A DNA stretch of 25,246 nt from a virus (lineage: Duplodnaviria > Caudoviricetes), in IMG/VR virus record IMGVR_UViG_3300033076_001202, positions 1 through 25,246 of that record, one strand, 5' to 3'. Position numbers and translations under genes: made by a program. The notes below the pieces were generated by a model. That model was not told the origin of the DNA and searched no databases. It was given only the letters and a program-made list of their open reading frames with translations. Below, piece after piece: positions 24,734-25,246 of the stretch (position 1 is its first letter; each line of letters opens with the position of its first letter).

Positions 24734-24741
24734 ATAAATAT
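24734..24741 (-). promoter_or_regulatory. Putative late promoter ATATTTAT (class B)
   Basis: ATATTTATAT upstream of ATG 24712. Confidence 0.7.
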
Positions 24742-24746
24742 TTAAC

Positions 24747-24917
24747 TCAAATAAAACGATCCATAAATACATCTAGATGTTGATTAACTATGCAAATTTC
24801 TGTATAATCAATTAAATCTATAATAACATCTTGGTCTCGTTGATATACTTGTTGAATTTGATTAACGTTGATAAAACGTTTTGTTTGTTTACCGGTTTTG
24901 TCGGTATCAATAACCAT
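24747..24917 (-). CDS. Small hypothetical protein (56 aa; start uncertain)
   Basis: Not in track. MVIDTDKTGKQTKRFINVNQIQQVYQRDQDVIIDLIDYTEICIVNQHLDVFMDRFI fills the gap. Confidence 0.6.
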   Translation of the reverse strand: MVIDTDKTGKQTKRFINVNQIQQVYQRDQDVIIDLIDYTEICIVNQHLDVFMDRFI

Positions 24918-24943
24918 TATGAATCTTACTCCCTGACTCCATT

Positions 24944-25246
24944 CTAATCTCCTTTATATGGACCATATGATTTATACGTATCAGCATCTAATGAAGATTT
25001 ATCACTAGTTTTCCACGGATTAATTCTTTCAGCCATTTGCGATATCTCGATATTTAAATCTTGCATTTTTTCTGGATTTGTTTTTGCATAATCCTTCAAT
25101 GCATTTAAAATATCATCTTTATCCGTAGATTGTGCGTTTACAACCCCAGCAATAAAATCTTGCATTTCATTAGTATTCTTAAATTCAGTATCGCGATAGA
25201 TAATACTAAAAATACCTCGCATATACATATTTGCAAGTTGATTTTC
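24944..25246 (-). CDS. Hypothetical protein, probably 5'-truncated by window edge
   Basis: Frame stays open upstream of ATG 25228 to the end of the window (ENQLANMYMRGIF...). Confidence 0.7.
   Translation of the reverse strand, partial: ENQLANMYMRGIFSIIYRDTEFKNTNEMQDFIAGVVNAQSTDKDDILNALKDYAKTNPEKMQDLNIEISQMAERINPWKTSDKSSLDADTYKSYGPYKGD

Noticed and set aside
243-24741. T4-type late promoters TATAAATA on the plus strand
   Set aside because: They would point away from the adjacent starts. The motif flips with gene orientation, so the functional reading is ATATTTAT on the coding strand.
1-25246. Stop-codon reassignment (as in some large Bacteroidota phages)
   Set aside because: Genes are intact and densely packed under the standard code. 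TGA and TAG occur as plausible real stops, and readthrough of the kinase TGA would add only about five residues.
1-25246. tRNA, CRISPR array, integrase/transposase, intron/intein or DGR
   Set aside because: No cloverleaf, spaced direct repeats, recombinase, homing-endonuclease or reverse-transcriptase motifs seen; intergenic gaps are too short.

Overview
AT-rich, gene-dense fragment of a large lytic myovirus (T4-like/jumbo type, contractile tail). The host is most plausibly Bacteroidota, judged from an Hc1-like histone protein, a DUF4494 protein and a signal peptide followed by Gln. Almost all genes are on the minus strand. About 1-15.2 kb is a late structural module: gp5-like hub/spike, gp25-like, gp6/baseplate-J-like, a large gp7/P2-gpI-like wedge, a DNRLRE-like protein, LamG and tail-collar-like proteins, and a minimal protein kinase. 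About 15.2-18.4 kb holds a gp55-like sigma factor, a membrane protein, an HD hydrolase, two small ORFs missing from the track and the UV endonuclease UvsE. About 18.4-25.2 kb is an accessory region with a SAM methyltransferase and small proteins. Two promoter classes can be read directly: a sigma70-like TTKGAW-N17-TATWWT (5 copies, non-structural genes including the sigma operon) and ATATTTAT (10 intergenic copies, mostly structural or putative virion genes). The most striking candidate system is a pair of portable 'late promoter + RBS + 19-aa L-x-E leader' cassettes fused to unrelated cargo, one of them annexin-like. Related leaders occur on the kinase and other ORFs, suggesting a modular capsid-loading/injected-effector system. 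All family calls are motif recognition by eye; no searches were run.
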